Positions 10,236-19,919 of a stretch of 64,000 nt of DNA are shown piece by piece. Origin of the DNA: Candidatus Limnocylindrales bacterium (GTDB lineage Bacteria > Patescibacteriota > Microgenomatia > Levybacterales > UBA12049); assembly GCA_035526025.1 (NCBI GenBank), contig DATLDE010000005.1:32192-96191 (forward strand). The letters are read 5' to 3'. The position numbers and the translations under genes are program-made. Below the pieces are notes generated by a model. That model was not told the origin of the DNA. It made no database searches and worked only from the letters and a program-made list of their open reading frames with translations. Numbering within the stretch: position 1 is the first letter of the stretch; every line of letters begins with the position of its first letter.

Positions 10236-11447
10236 TTACTCCTGATCCATTAAACCGATTAAGACCCACATCCAGAGCATTATACTTGGATAAAACAAAC
10301 TATTTATGAAAAATGAATTTACTATTAACCCAGAAATGGAAGCAATTACAACAGGTGGAATAATCTTATTCCTTTTTTTATTAAGAAACAATGCTCTGAC
10401 GACTACTTTATAAAATAAAAAAAGATATGCAGACAGCCCAAATATTCCAGTAGTAGCAGCTATGAACAGGAAACTGTTATCTGTACCAGATGATGCATGG
10501 TCAGGATATTTTGGTGAAATTGGATGAAAGCCATAACTTTCCTGAGCATATCTATAAGCATTAAACCCAACCCCAATTACAGGGTTATCATAAATTATCC
10601 GTAAAGCATTACTGTATGTTTCGAGACGCGCAAAGCTAGAGGTTGTTCTGAAAATATTTGTATTCTCTTTATTAAATGTGGGAGACAAAATAATAAGAAA
10701 ACTAACGATGAGCACACTTGGTAGTAGTAAAAATTTCTTTTTTCCAATCAAAAAGAAGTAGGTAGTAATTGATACCAGAAGCATTATCAAAGCACTTCGA
10801 GAATATGTCAAAAATACTGCAACTAGCGTAAGAACAGACACGATACTTACTTTAATAGCTTTCGCTTTTTCCCTAAGAGAAAGGAAGCTATTTAAAAAAG
10901 CAGCCAAATATATTAAAAAAAGTACTAGAAATGCGCCTGCAAAATTTGGGTCCAGAAATGTTGAAAATAATCTATAATTATGCTCATCCCATCCTAGGTA
11001 ATATAGATTTCTTAGATTGGCGTATAAAAAATACTGAACAAATCCCAAAATCATAAAAATTACCCCAGAAATGAACAGATAACGTTGGCCATGCTTTACT
11101 GCAGGCTTATCAAGAATCAAAACTAAATAATAAATCAATGCATAAGAAACAAATCTAATCCAATAAAGCAATGAGGTAAAAATCTGTACACTTTGTAAGC
11201 TAATTGAATTTATTATCAAAGAAATTAAAGCAATCGCTGCGAAAAAAGCTAAAGGATTTGTTATATATGATTTCGCAATTCTCCGCTGCTTAAGAATGGA
11301 ATAAATGATAATGGTTGTAATACCTGATAATCCAACCAGAAGATCTATTGGTTTTAAAATGATGTTTTTCCCAATTTCAATTCTTAGCAACTCTCCAAGA
11401 GGTAAGGTAAGTAAAATGAGATAAAATAAAAATTTAAGAAAATTCAT
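10236..11447 (-). CDS. O-antigen ligase / Wzy_C-family polytopic membrane protein
   Basis: 403 aa with about 10 TM helices. Has the Wzy_C-like core (LTYSRSALIMLLVSITTYFFLI) and a later NPVIGVGFNAYRY loop motif. Confidence 0.55.
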   Translation of the reverse strand: MNFLKFLFYLILLTLPLGELLRIEIGKNIILKPIDLLVGLSGITTIIIYSILKQRRIAKSYITNPLAFFAAIALISLIINSISLQSVQIFTSLLYWIRFVSYALIYYLVLILDKPAVKHGQRYLFISGVIFMILGFVQYFLYANLRNLYYLGWDEHNYRLFSTFLDPNFAGAFLVLFLIYLAAFLNSFLSLREKAKAIKVSIVSVLTLVAVFLTYSRSALIMLLVSITTYFFLIGKKKFLLLPSVLIVSFLIILSPTFNKENTNIFRTTSSFARLETYSNALRIIYDNPVIGVGFNAYRYAQESYGFHPISPKYPDHASSGTDNSFLFIAATTGIFGLSAYLFLFYKVVVRALFLNKKRNKIIPPVVIASISGLIVNSFFINSLFYPSIMLWMWVLIGLMDQE

Positions 11448-12196
11448 TTACTTGCTTTTTGGAGCATAAACCACAGTTTGGATCTCACGAGAAATGAATG
11501 AAGGGACATCATTAATGCCAGTAATAATCCCGGAACCCCATCACGAAATCCTTGCTTTAAAAAATAGTTTTGAATAAATTTAGCAAGAGGATATATTATA
11601 ATCAAAAATGAAGAAGTTCTCACTTTTTTGTCATAAAGTTCTTTTGCTCTGATATCTGTATAGAGATTTATTTCGTGTAAAAAATTTTCAATAGTAACGT
11701 GAGGATAATGCATTAACGGATTGTTGAGTGTTGCTGTCATACCCACGACATTCCATTTTTCATGAACTACTCCTTCCCACTTTCCTGAATTTTTCTTTGC
11801 AAGCCTTAAGAACTTTTTATTTCCTGTTTCTCCATATTTTAATAATCTCCCCCAAATTACATCTTGTCTTTTTATAAAATACCCTGAGTATTTGTCACTG
11901 GGACTATTGGTATGTTGCATTATCTCAAACCATAAAGCAGGTGACACTTCTTCGTCTGCGTCGATGAATAATACCCAATCGTTTTTTGCTTTTTGCAATC
12001 CAAAATTTCGTTGTGCTGAAAAATCACCATCCAAAGAACGCTTATATACTTTTGCCCCAAGTTTCTCAGCAATTTTAACTGTATCGTCAGTTGAATCATC
12101 ATCAATAACGATCACTTCATCACACCATGAAAGACTTCGTAACGATCTCTTTAGCGACTTTTCTTCATTTTTAGTAATTATAATAGCAGATATCAT
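11444..12196 (-). CDS. family 2 glycosyltransferase (KdtX/WaaE-like)
   Basis: MISAIIITKNEEKSLKRSL...VIVIDDDSTDDT...FIDADE has the GT-A DxD architecture. 4-nt overlaps with both neighbours. Confidence 0.8.
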   Translation of the reverse strand: MISAIIITKNEEKSLKRSLRSLSWCDEVIVIDDDSTDDTVKIAEKLGAKVYKRSLDGDFSAQRNFGLQKAKNDWVLFIDADEEVSPALWFEIMQHTNSPSDKYSGYFIKRQDVIWGRLLKYGETGNKKFLRLAKKNSGKWEGVVHEKWNVVGMTATLNNPLMHYPHVTIENFLHEINLYTDIRAKELYDKKVRTSSFLIIIYPLAKFIQNYFLKQGFRDGVPGLLLALMMSLHSFLVRSKLWFMLQKASK

Positions 12197-13437
12197 TTTT
12201 TAACTTTCAGTATTTTAAATGTGCGATTAGTGTAATAAATTATAAAAGGTATGGCTATAATGGATCCCAAAAGAGCAGATATCCCTGCACCGAATAACTG
12301 ATATGACATTATAAATGGAACTATTGAAAGTATAAGTCCAAGAATATTTACCAATGTAATTACACTTGTATATTCTTGTTTTTTCATTGAGATAAATAGA
12401 GCAGTTGATGATAAAGAAACAGACTTTACAAAACCAAGGACGGCCAAAATCGGCAATACGCTTGCAATCCCTGACCACCTTTCACCAAGAATTGTTACGA
12501 AAAAACCGGGAAAAGATGCGAAAATAAAAGCAAATGGCAATGTAATTACAGAAATACACAGCACTGTTTTAAAATAAGCTGATTTCAAACGACTAGAATC
12601 GCCTGAAATCTTAATAAATATCGGAACTGTTACATGAACAAATACCCTACCTACCTCAATCAAGGGTGCCGCGGACAAAGAATATGCAAGTTGATAGATA
12701 CCCAAGAATTTTGCACCCAACAATCTTCCAACCATTATGTTATCTGCGTTGTGAAACAAATAATCAAATATACTGCTAGCTGTTATCCACTTTCCTCTGT
12801 TAAAAATCCTAACAATGTATTTTCTTTCAAAAACAAATGATGGCCGAGGAGTTACAACAATGAAAGATAGAATTAACTCCATAAATACCCCCGCAATGAG
12901 TCCAATTATAATTCCACTTGGATTTTTAGTTAAGTATGTAATTATAATAGAGATTACCGTATCGACAATTATCACTGAAAATCTATATAAAAAGTCTTTA
13001 GAAAACTTCAACTCTTTTTGTAATTTGACAATTGCAGGATTTATCATACCCCTCAAAAGCGGCACAATACTTATCATTTGTAAGAGCCCTAATGACTCCG
13101 GGGAATTAAAAAATGCTGATATAAATGGAGCGCTTGCTAAGATTAGCAAAAATATTACAATGCCTCTAAAAATTGAGACCACCCAAGCAGAATTAATATT
13201 GCGATCAATATCATCTTCTTGAATTAAGACTATATTTACGCCACTCTCTGTAATTACTTCTAATAGCCCTAAGGCCAATAATGCAATTCCATATGCTCCA
13301 AATTGCTCAGGAACCAAAATTCGCGCAAGAATAATTGCTTCAATAAATCCAAATCCTTTGGTTGCAACACGTAAAATTCCAAACCAGGATATTCCTTTTA
13401 TTGCGTCTTTTTTATAACCCATATTTAAATATACCAA
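12193..13437 (-). CDS. Wzx-type oligosaccharide/polysaccharide flippase (MOP superfamily)
   Basis: 414 aa with about 12 TM helices. The N-terminal KGISWFGILRVATKGFGFIEAIILARIL...GAYGIALLALGLLEVITESGVNIVLIQ is typical of polysaccharide biosynthesis protein/Wzx. Confidence 0.75.
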   Translation of the reverse strand: MVYLNMGYKKDAIKGISWFGILRVATKGFGFIEAIILARILVPEQFGAYGIALLALGLLEVITESGVNIVLIQEDDIDRNINSAWVVSIFRGIVIFLLILASAPFISAFFNSPESLGLLQMISIVPLLRGMINPAIVKLQKELKFSKDFLYRFSVIIVDTVISIIITYLTKNPSGIIIGLIAGVFMELILSFIVVTPRPSFVFERKYIVRIFNRGKWITASSIFDYLFHNADNIMVGRLLGAKFLGIYQLAYSLSAAPLIEVGRVFVHVTVPIFIKISGDSSRLKSAYFKTVLCISVITLPFAFIFASFPGFFVTILGERWSGIASVLPILAVLGFVKSVSLSSTALFISMKKQEYTSVITLVNILGLILSIVPFIMSYQLFGAGISALLGSIIAIPFIIYYTNRTFKILKVKK

Positions 13438-14350
13438 TTATCGTACCCAGTACCACTGCAAGATCAGATACTATCTGTAAAACAGGCAATATAATTATCG
13501 CTTTCAAGTCTTTTACATATTTATAGTTCTTCTCGATTGCCCAAATAAAATAAAAAAAAACTAGTAATGCTAAAGTAACTGAGAGCACATAGCTATCTCT
13601 TATTATAGCGAAATACAGCAATAAAATCCCCAAAATGTATCTAATAAAGATTATACCTACCTTAGGTCTAAAAGCCTTAGACTCTGCGTCACCTAATGAA
13701 AATCGATAAAACATATAAGATGCTTCTCTTAAATTTCTCCTGGGAATCCAATAAACAAAAGCTTGCTTACAAAATGCAATTGAGTAATTCATGTTTTTTA
13801 ATTTTCTTGCAAAAACATAGTCTTCATTATGAGAAAATTCTTCTGGAAATCCTCCTGACTTTTCCCACACACTTTTCCTAAATGCCATAGAGCGACTAGC
13901 AGGTAAAAAATTATCTGGATTTACTTTATCAGGCATGACAAGCACATAAGGCACCAGACATTTCTGGAAAATATTATTTGACGATCCTTTATAATACCCC
14001 GCCACAACATCCGTAGCGTTATTTTTAAAAGGTTTGACTATCTCCTCAATCCAATATTTATCCAATATGCACCCTGCATCTGAACAAACTATTATATCCC
14101 CTGTAGAATTCTTGATAGCTTTATTTCTACCTACAGACCTATTTCCAGGTTTGACTATTACTAAAAACTTTCCATTGTAGTCTTTGCTCTTTACTCTTTG
14201 ATCTTTGATCTTCTCAACAGTCTGGTCGCTACTTCCCCCATCAACAATTATTATCTCATCCGGCATTCTAGACTGAGCAAGTAATGATTCGAGTAGCTTA
14301 TTGATGGTTTTTTCTTCATTAAATACAGTTGTAATAAATGTTACATTCAT
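13412..14350 (-). CDS. family 2 glycosyltransferase with C-terminal membrane anchor
   Basis: The GT2 N-terminus MNVTFITTVFNEEKTINKLLESLLAQ...IIIVDGGSSDQT...VCSDAGC is followed by 2-3 C-terminal TM helices. The start was moved to ATG 14350, which overlaps the upstream gene's stop. The track start at 14410 is 20 codons upstream. Confidence 0.75.
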   Translation of the reverse strand: MNVTFITTVFNEEKTINKLLESLLAQSRMPDEIIIVDGGSSDQTVEKIKDQRVKSKDYNGKFLVIVKPGNRSVGRNKAIKNSTGDIIVCSDAGCILDKYWIEEIVKPFKNNATDVVAGYYKGSSNNIFQKCLVPYVLVMPDKVNPDNFLPASRSMAFRKSVWEKSGGFPEEFSHNEDYVFARKLKNMNYSIAFCKQAFVYWIPRRNLREASYMFYRFSLGDAESKAFRPKVGIIFIRYILGILLLYFAIIRDSYVLSVTLALLVFFYFIWAIEKNYKYVKDLKAIIILPVLQIVSDLAVVLGTIIGIFKYGL

Positions 14351-15393
14351 ATTTTCCAAAGTTCTAAATATGTTTTTGTTACTTTTTCCCATGTTTGATC
14401 TTTTGCCCATAAATATCCATTATTTACCATAGCTTCACTTTTCCAGGGATTATCAAGTACCGATTTTATGACATCATATATTTCACTTGCATCTTTACAG
14501 ATATATACAAAATTAGCAAACGGAGAATTTCGTAGATAATCTTCTTTCAATTTATTTTCATATACTGATATGACAATTTTTTTATGAATCAGCGCTTCTA
14601 GCATTAACAGATAAGATGAACAAAATACGATATCTGCGAATTCAATCGCTTCTGTTGAATCACTTACAAATTCTTTTACCTCGCCATATTTTTCAATTCG
14701 CGATGCTAAAGGCCCTTCTCCATAAGATTTGAAGTCAAAAGGTATTTTATTCTTCTTAAGTAAGTCTAATGATTTTAAATATGACATAATCCCCAAATCT
14801 TTTTCCAATCTTCCAATAAAAGTAATGGTTAAATTTGATTTCTGATTTTTGATTTCGCGTTCTGAGCCTGTCGAATGGAATGATTTTTGATTTTTTACTA
14901 AATTCACTCCTCCATATATTACAAAATTGGGTTTTGTATGATACCATTTTTTAATATATTCACCAACGCAAATATTTCCAGATGATAAATGCTCGCTGAT
15001 TTTTCTAATAATTATTGCTTTTTTATCAGGTGGAAACTTGGTCTCATGCCCATGAAACGTGGTAAAAACTTTTTTTGAAGGATTTATGATTTTAAATGGA
15101 AGATACCAGAAGAATACATCATGGCAATGAATTACGTCAGCATTTTTTAGTAATTTTTTAATCTCAAATAATTTTCTCCAAATTCTAAATTTTTTAAACC
15201 AATTATTTTCTCCAGAAACTATTCTCTTAACTGAAATGCCATCAATCTCTTTTGATTTTTCATTATTGTTTCCCTCTGCTATTACTGTGACTTTGTGACC
15301 GAGTTTTATTAAGTTTTTTCCTACCATTAATGCGTGTTTTTCAACTCCGCCAATTTGTGGACAGAATCTACGTGTAAAAAATATAATATTCAT
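14347..15393 (-). CDS. GT-B fold glycosyltransferase (GT4/GT1-like)
   Basis: 348 aa. N-terminal MNIIFFTRRFCPQIGGVEKHALMVGKNLIKLGHKVTVIA is typical of GT4 N-terminal domains. The C-terminal half is Rossmann-like. Confidence 0.7.
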   Translation of the reverse strand: MNIIFFTRRFCPQIGGVEKHALMVGKNLIKLGHKVTVIAEGNNNEKSKEIDGISVKRIVSGENNWFKKFRIWRKLFEIKKLLKNADVIHCHDVFFWYLPFKIINPSKKVFTTFHGHETKFPPDKKAIIIRKISEHLSSGNICVGEYIKKWYHTKPNFVIYGGVNLVKNQKSFHSTGSEREIKNQKSNLTITFIGRLEKDLGIMSYLKSLDLLKKNKIPFDFKSYGEGPLASRIEKYGEVKEFVSDSTEAIEFADIVFCSSYLLMLEALIHKKIVISVYENKLKEDYLRNSPFANFVYICKDASEIYDVIKSVLDNPWKSEAMVNNGYLWAKDQTWEKVTKTYLELWKI

Positions 15394-15414
15394 TGTGGTG
15401 AAAAGCTTTGGAGA

Positions 15415-16143
15415 TTATCTTACACTAAATGCTGGCCGTGCCTTAGTCCTTCCCAATATAACAAGATCTATATAATTTATAACACCATTTTTAGCATATT
15501 TTAGAAACACACTTAGATCATCATGTTTTCTTGTAGAAGTAAATACTTTCATATTTTTTATATATTTACATGAATTCATACCATATTCATTTTTAATTTT
15601 GAACGCCAAATCCCAGTCTTCGCTTGACATCAATTCTTCATTTATACCCCCGATTTTTTCATATGCATATTTTTTAACTGCCATATTAAATCCCCACATT
15701 ATTGGTTTTCCCAATGCATGATTAGCTATGTGGAAAAAATTATAAAAAGTAAAAATTACTTTATTGTAAAAATTATACTTATCAGGTAATGCTCTTCCAC
15801 CAATACATACAATTTTGGGGTCGCTCATGACTTTGATTATTTCTTCAAGCCAGTCTTTAGCTGCAAAACTATCCGAGTCTGTAAAAGCCAAAATCTCACC
15901 ATTTGCTTTTTTCAATCCGTATGCCCGGACTGATCCAATGCTTTTTAATCCATGCGTCTTATAAACAATAGCGCCCATTTTCCGCGCAATTTCAACTGTT
16001 TTGTCTGCTGATCCACCATCAACAACTATTATTTCGAATTGTTTCTTATCAAATGATTGATTAAGAAGCGAATCCAAGCATCTTGGGAGCCGTTCTTCCT
16101 CATTTAACGCAGGTATTACAATTGAAATTTTTGGATTTGTCAT
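15415..16143 (-). CDS. family 2 glycosyltransferase, polyprenyl-phosphate sugar synthase-like (DPM1/ArnC-like)
   Basis: ISIVIPALNEEERLPRCLDSLLNQ...IIVVDGGSADKT...TDSDS. Short (242 aa), soluble GT2. Confidence 0.75.
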   Translation of the reverse strand: MTNPKISIVIPALNEEERLPRCLDSLLNQSFDKKQFEIIVVDGGSADKTVEIARKMGAIVYKTHGLKSIGSVRAYGLKKANGEILAFTDSDSFAAKDWLEEIIKVMSDPKIVCIGGRALPDKYNFYNKVIFTFYNFFHIANHALGKPIMWGFNMAVKKYAYEKIGGINEELMSSEDWDLAFKIKNEYGMNSCKYIKNMKVFTSTRKHDDLSVFLKYAKNGVINYIDLVILGRTKARPAFSVR

Positions 16144-16250
16144 ATATAGGAATATGCTAGTATGCCCACAACAATTATATACATAATACGAATTAAAATA
16201 AACATGCTTATTAGTTGAATTGTTACCATCAAAAATAGTACAATTAGCGT

Positions 16251-17021
16251 GTGAAGGTATCTGTTGTCATTCCGGTCCACAATGAAGAAACATATATAGC
16301 CACATGTCTGGAAAGCCTACTAGATCAAACTGAACCTGCTGATGAAATTATTGTCGTTGACAACAATTCAACAGACAACACTGTAAAAATAATAAAAAAA
16401 TATCCCGTTAAACTTTTAAGGGAAAAAAGGCAGGGAACCACGATGGCACGCAATAAGGGCTTTGATAAGGCAATGCATGAGATAATCGCTCGAACAGACG
16501 GGGATACTATGCTCCCTCCAAACTGGATTAAACAAATCAAGCAAAAATTTGCAGATAAAAGCTTGGTAGGAATTTCCGGACCTGCTGAGTTTTATGATCT
16601 TCCGGAAATCATACAGAACTCACGTTGGCAATCCCAACCTGCCTGGCTCAAGCTAATTAAGACATATAACAAAGTTGTAAGGAAATTGCTTAAGCATGAT
16701 TGCTTGTATGGACCAAACTTTGCCATTCGTAAAAAAGGATGGGAACAAGTAAGATTATCCGTATGCACAGATGACAGTAAAGTCCATGAGGACATTGATT
16801 TGGCAATTCACCTTGCGCCATTTGGAAAAATTAAATTTTTTCATAGCCTTGTAGTAAAAACATCGGTGAGAAGATGGAAAAAGCCTGATGCATATATTGA
16901 ATATTTATATAGAGGGTTAAAATCAATAAGTAATCACAAAAAGATAGGCACTAAGGAAAGAAGCAAGCAACTTATGAAAAAAATGGTATCAAAAGCCTCC
17001 TTACTAATCAATTACAATTAA
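16251..17021 (+). CDS. family 2 glycosyltransferase
   Basis: MKVSVVIPVHNEETYIATCLESLLDQ...IIVVDNNSTDNT...TDGD. The start codon is GTG. Divergent from the 15415-16143 gene. Confidence 0.75.
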   Translation: MKVSVVIPVHNEETYIATCLESLLDQTEPADEIIVVDNNSTDNTVKIIKKYPVKLLREKRQGTTMARNKGFDKAMHEIIARTDGDTMLPPNWIKQIKQKFADKSLVGISGPAEFYDLPEIIQNSRWQSQPAWLKLIKTYNKVVRKLLKHDCLYGPNFAIRKKGWEQVRLSVCTDDSKVHEDIDLAIHLAPFGKIKFFHSLVVKTSVRRWKKPDAYIEYLYRGLKSISNHKKIGTKERSKQLMKKMVSKASLLINYN

Positions 17022-17038
17022 ATTATAATAAGTACTAT

Positions 17039-17785
17039 ATGAACAATCCCCCTCTTATATCATATATAGTCCCAGCGAGAAATGAGGAGGAATTCATAGG
17101 CAACTGTATAGCATCTCTCAAAAAGCAAGAGTTAGAGGATAACTTTGAAATCTTAGTTGTAGATAATGCATCGAATGACAATACAGCAATGGTCGCTACA
17201 CAATTAGGTGCAAGAGTTATCAAAGAGAAAACACCAGGGTTGTCGTATACAAGGTCAAAAGGACTTAACAGCGCAAATGGAGAGATAATTATTTTTGTAG
17301 ATGCTGATACAATTCTCCCGAAAAATTGGTCTAAAACAGTTGTAGGCTATATAAAAAAGAGTAAAAATGTCGTTGCAGTATCATGTGGATTTGTTTTTCA
17401 TGATGGGAGATTTTATGAAAATCTTGGGTGTTATTTTATTTTATTAATAAATCCTATATATAACATCACTCTTCAGCTTTTTGGTAAACCTAATCTTCTC
17501 CTAGGACAATCTTTCGCAATAAAAAAATCCGCTCTTGTTCATGCAGGGGGTGTGAATATGGATTTTCCATTTTATGCAGAAGACATTGCTATGGCAAAAA
17601 GGCTAAGCTCAGAAGGTGAAGTAAGATACCTATACTCGATTTTGGCACGTTCAAGCGCTAGGCGTTTTCATAAAATTGGTTTTTTTAGAACACTTTATTT
17701 ATACATGACCCCTATGATTCTTTTGATGCTAGGAAAGTACGACCGCGCAAAAAATTTTGCATCCAAGCACGATTACACTAAATAG
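17039..17785 (+). CDS. family 2 glycosyltransferase (DPM1/ArnC-like)
   Basis: ISYIVPARNEEEFIGNCIASLKKQ...ILVVDNASNDNT...VDADT. Confidence 0.75.
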   Translation: MNNPPLISYIVPARNEEEFIGNCIASLKKQELEDNFEILVVDNASNDNTAMVATQLGARVIKEKTPGLSYTRSKGLNSANGEIIIFVDADTILPKNWSKTVVGYIKKSKNVVAVSCGFVFHDGRFYENLGCYFILLINPIYNITLQLFGKPNLLLGQSFAIKKSALVHAGGVNMDFPFYAEDIAMAKRLSSEGEVRYLYSILARSSARRFHKIGFFRTLYLYMTPMILLMLGKYDRAKNFASKHDYTK

Positions 17786-17800
17786 CAATTTCCTACGGCG

Positions 17801-18394
17801 TTGACAGTCTCTTTCAAAACTGTGATAATTAAGTTTGTGGAAATTGCAAAAAAAGTTTATAATTTTGTCCTCGATACGATGCAAACAATACTTCTTGCTG
17901 CATCGATATTTCTTGTCGTCTATATTTTTTTATTCAGACCATTTCAGGTAAGTGGAGAATCAATGTTCCCAACTTATAAAAATAAAGAGTATATCTTAAC
18001 AAGTCTTATCCATATCCGGTTCCAGGAACTTAAAAAAGGTGATGTAATTGTCTTCAAATCTCCCACCGATCCGGATAAGGACTATATCAAAAGAGTTATG
18101 GCGAAAGAGGGAGATTCTGTGTATTTAAAAGAGGGTTCTGTTTATGTTAACAATCAAAAAGTTAACGAAACTAAATATCTTAAAGAGGATGTGAAGACTT
18201 ATGGCGGCAGCTTCTTAAAAGAAAATGAGCCTGTAACGGTACCACCTGGCAATTTCATTGTAATGGGAGACAACAGACCCTTTAGCTCTGACTCCAGAGA
18301 GTGGGGCTTTCTGACGAAAAATAAACTGATTGGAAAATCATTATTTGTCTATTGGCCGGTCAAAAATATGAGGTTAATTAGCAATCCCTTTTAA
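17801..18394 (+). CDS. lepB: signal peptidase I (S26 family)
   Basis: N-terminal TM helix, the catalytic Ser box VSGESMFPT, the K box (IKRVMAKEGD) and the GDNRPFSSDSREWG box. Confidence 0.85.
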   Translation: MTVSFKTVIIKFVEIAKKVYNFVLDTMQTILLAASIFLVVYIFLFRPFQVSGESMFPTYKNKEYILTSLIHIRFQELKKGDVIVFKSPTDPDKDYIKRVMAKEGDSVYLKEGSVYVNNQKVNETKYLKEDVKTYGGSFLKENEPVTVPPGNFIVMGDNRPFSSDSREWGFLTKNKLIGKSLFVYWPVKNMRLISNPF

Positions 18395-18398
18395 GTGG

Positions 18399-19223
18399 TT
18401 AATGGGTAAGAACTTCGTGAATTGATTTTAATTTTTGAGTAGTGACTTCTGGATCTCCCTTTATAACTATCGTAACCCTTGCAAGCTTACTTGATTGAAA
18501 AATCGCAACTTTATCAAAGCTATGCTTCTCCTCAATTTGCTTGGCCATTTGATCTTGTTCAGGAACCCAAATTTGATCTTTACTAGAAGCTGGTTCTTTT
18601 TGTTGAATATCCCCCTTAACTTGTCTTGCCAGCTCTTCTGTCTGACGAACTGTATAATTATCACGCAGGATTGTCTTAAAAACATCAAGCATTAGCTTAT
18701 GATCTCCAAGTGACAGTAAAGGACGTACATGCCCTTCAGTAATAACCCCGGCAACTAGCGCGTCTTTGACAGCGTCTGGTAACGATAGTAATCTGATGGT
18801 ATTGGAAACAGCAGGAACGCTTTTACCAACCCTTTTTGCAACTTCAGTTGTTCCTAGCCCAAATTCATCAATTAATCTCTTATATGCCAATCCTTTTTCA
18901 ATTGGATTAAGATCTTCACGCTGTACGTTCTCGACAATCGACATCTCAAGCATTCCCTGTGGTGTTGTATTCTTAACAACAACAGGTACTCTATCAAGTC
19001 CCAATACCTTTGCTGCTCTCCATCTACGCTCTCCCGCTATTATTTGATAACCTGCAGGTGTCCTGGCAACAACGATAGGTTCCAGGATTCCTTGTTCTCG
19101 GATTGATTCAACAAGGTCAGTGAGCGAATCGGGTGTTATTACGCCACGAGGCTGAAGCGGATTAGACTGAAGCTGGTTAGTCTCAAGGGAATGAATATCT
19201 GAAACGTCTTGGCTATTATCCAT
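18399..19223 (-). CDS. parB: ParB/Spo0J-family partition protein (no adjacent parA)
   Basis: 274 aa. Has the ParB N-terminal box (GILEPIVVAR...YQIIAGERRWRAAKVLGL) followed by an HTH (TTEVAKRVGKSVPAVSNTIRLLSLP). The start overlaps the rpmA stop by 8 nt. Confidence 0.8.
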   Translation of the reverse strand: MDNSQDVSDIHSLETNQLQSNPLQPRGVITPDSLTDLVESIREQGILEPIVVARTPAGYQIIAGERRWRAAKVLGLDRVPVVVKNTTPQGMLEMSIVENVQREDLNPIEKGLAYKRLIDEFGLGTTEVAKRVGKSVPAVSNTIRLLSLPDAVKDALVAGVITEGHVRPLLSLGDHKLMLDVFKTILRDNYTVRQTEELARQVKGDIQQKEPASSKDQIWVPEQDQMAKQIEEKHSFDKVAIFQSSKLARVTIVIKGDPEVTTQKLKSIHEVLTH

Positions 19224-19467
19224 TTAATACCTCTATGTATTTTTTACCTTTTAAGGTCTTAAAATTTACAATTCCTTCTTTTTGTGCAAATAGGGTGAAA
19301 TCACGTCCCGCTAAGACTCCTTCTCCTGGAAAAAATAAACTACCCTTTTGTCGAACAATAATACTTCCAGGCTTTGCTTTTTCTCCACCATAAAGCTTAA
19401 TACCACGTCTTTTTGGACGTGAATCTCTATTACCTTTTACTGAACCTTGTGCTTTTGTATGTGCCAT
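19216..19467 (-). CDS. rpmA: 50S ribosomal protein L27
   Basis: MAHTKAQGSVKGNRDSRPKRRGIKLYGGE...GSIIVRQKG is the canonical L27 sequence. Confidence 0.95.
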   Translation of the reverse strand: MAHTKAQGSVKGNRDSRPKRRGIKLYGGEKAKPGSIIVRQKGSLFFPGEGVLAGRDFTLFAQKEGIVNFKTLKGKKYIEVLNG

Positions 19468-19534
19468 ATTAAATATGTGAAAATCGATTAAATATTACGA
19501 CAATTTTTCACAACTGTCAAGAACTTTTATTTAA

Positions 19535-19879
19535 TTAATCAGTTTTTGATTCTTTTTTATCCTTACTTACTGAAATCTTTTCTATTTGAAGTTTGGTTAA
19601 ATGCTGTCTGTGTCCTGTTACTTTTCTATAACGTGCTTTTGCTTTGAATTTTGCTACTCTGATTTTTTTACCTTTTTTCTGTTCCAGAACTTTTGCGGTA
19701 ATTAATGCCCCTCCAACGTGTGGTTGACCGAGTTGAAATGCACCATCCTGCGCTAGAAGTAAAACTTTTTCAAATTTTACATTTGCGTCTTGTTCAACTG
19801 GAAGTTTATCAACCTCAATAATGGAACCTTCTGATACCTTATACTGCTTGCCACCTGTTTGTAAAACTGCGTATTTCAT
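19535..19879 (-). CDS. rplU: 50S ribosomal protein L21
   Basis: MKYAVLQTGGKQYKVSEGSIIEVDKL... is the canonical L21 N-terminus. Lies immediately upstream of rpmA. Confidence 0.95.
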   Translation of the reverse strand: MKYAVLQTGGKQYKVSEGSIIEVDKLPVEQDANVKFEKVLLLAQDGAFQLGQPHVGGALITAKVLEQKKGKKIRVAKFKAKARYRKVTGHRQHLTKLQIEKISVSKDKKESKTD

Positions 19880-19890
19880 AAAGATTATTA

Positions 19891-19919
19891 ATTATACCAA
19901 ATTTCTCATACTTCGGCAA
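19891..19919 (-). promoter_or_regulatory. candidate extended -10 promoter for rplU-rpmA-parB
   Basis: Read on the minus strand: TTGCCG (19919-19914), a 17-nt spacer, then TG-g-TATAAT (TATAAT at 19896-19891). The ATG at 19879 leaves only about 3-5 nt of leader, so the transcript would be near-leaderless. Confidence 0.3.

Noticed and set aside
18394-18399. Convergent lepB/parB junction as a replication terminus (dif) given the strand-polarity switch at about 18.4 kb
   Set aside because: No dif-like 28-bp XerCD site was seen at the junction or nearby. The polarity pattern can equally be an operon boundary.
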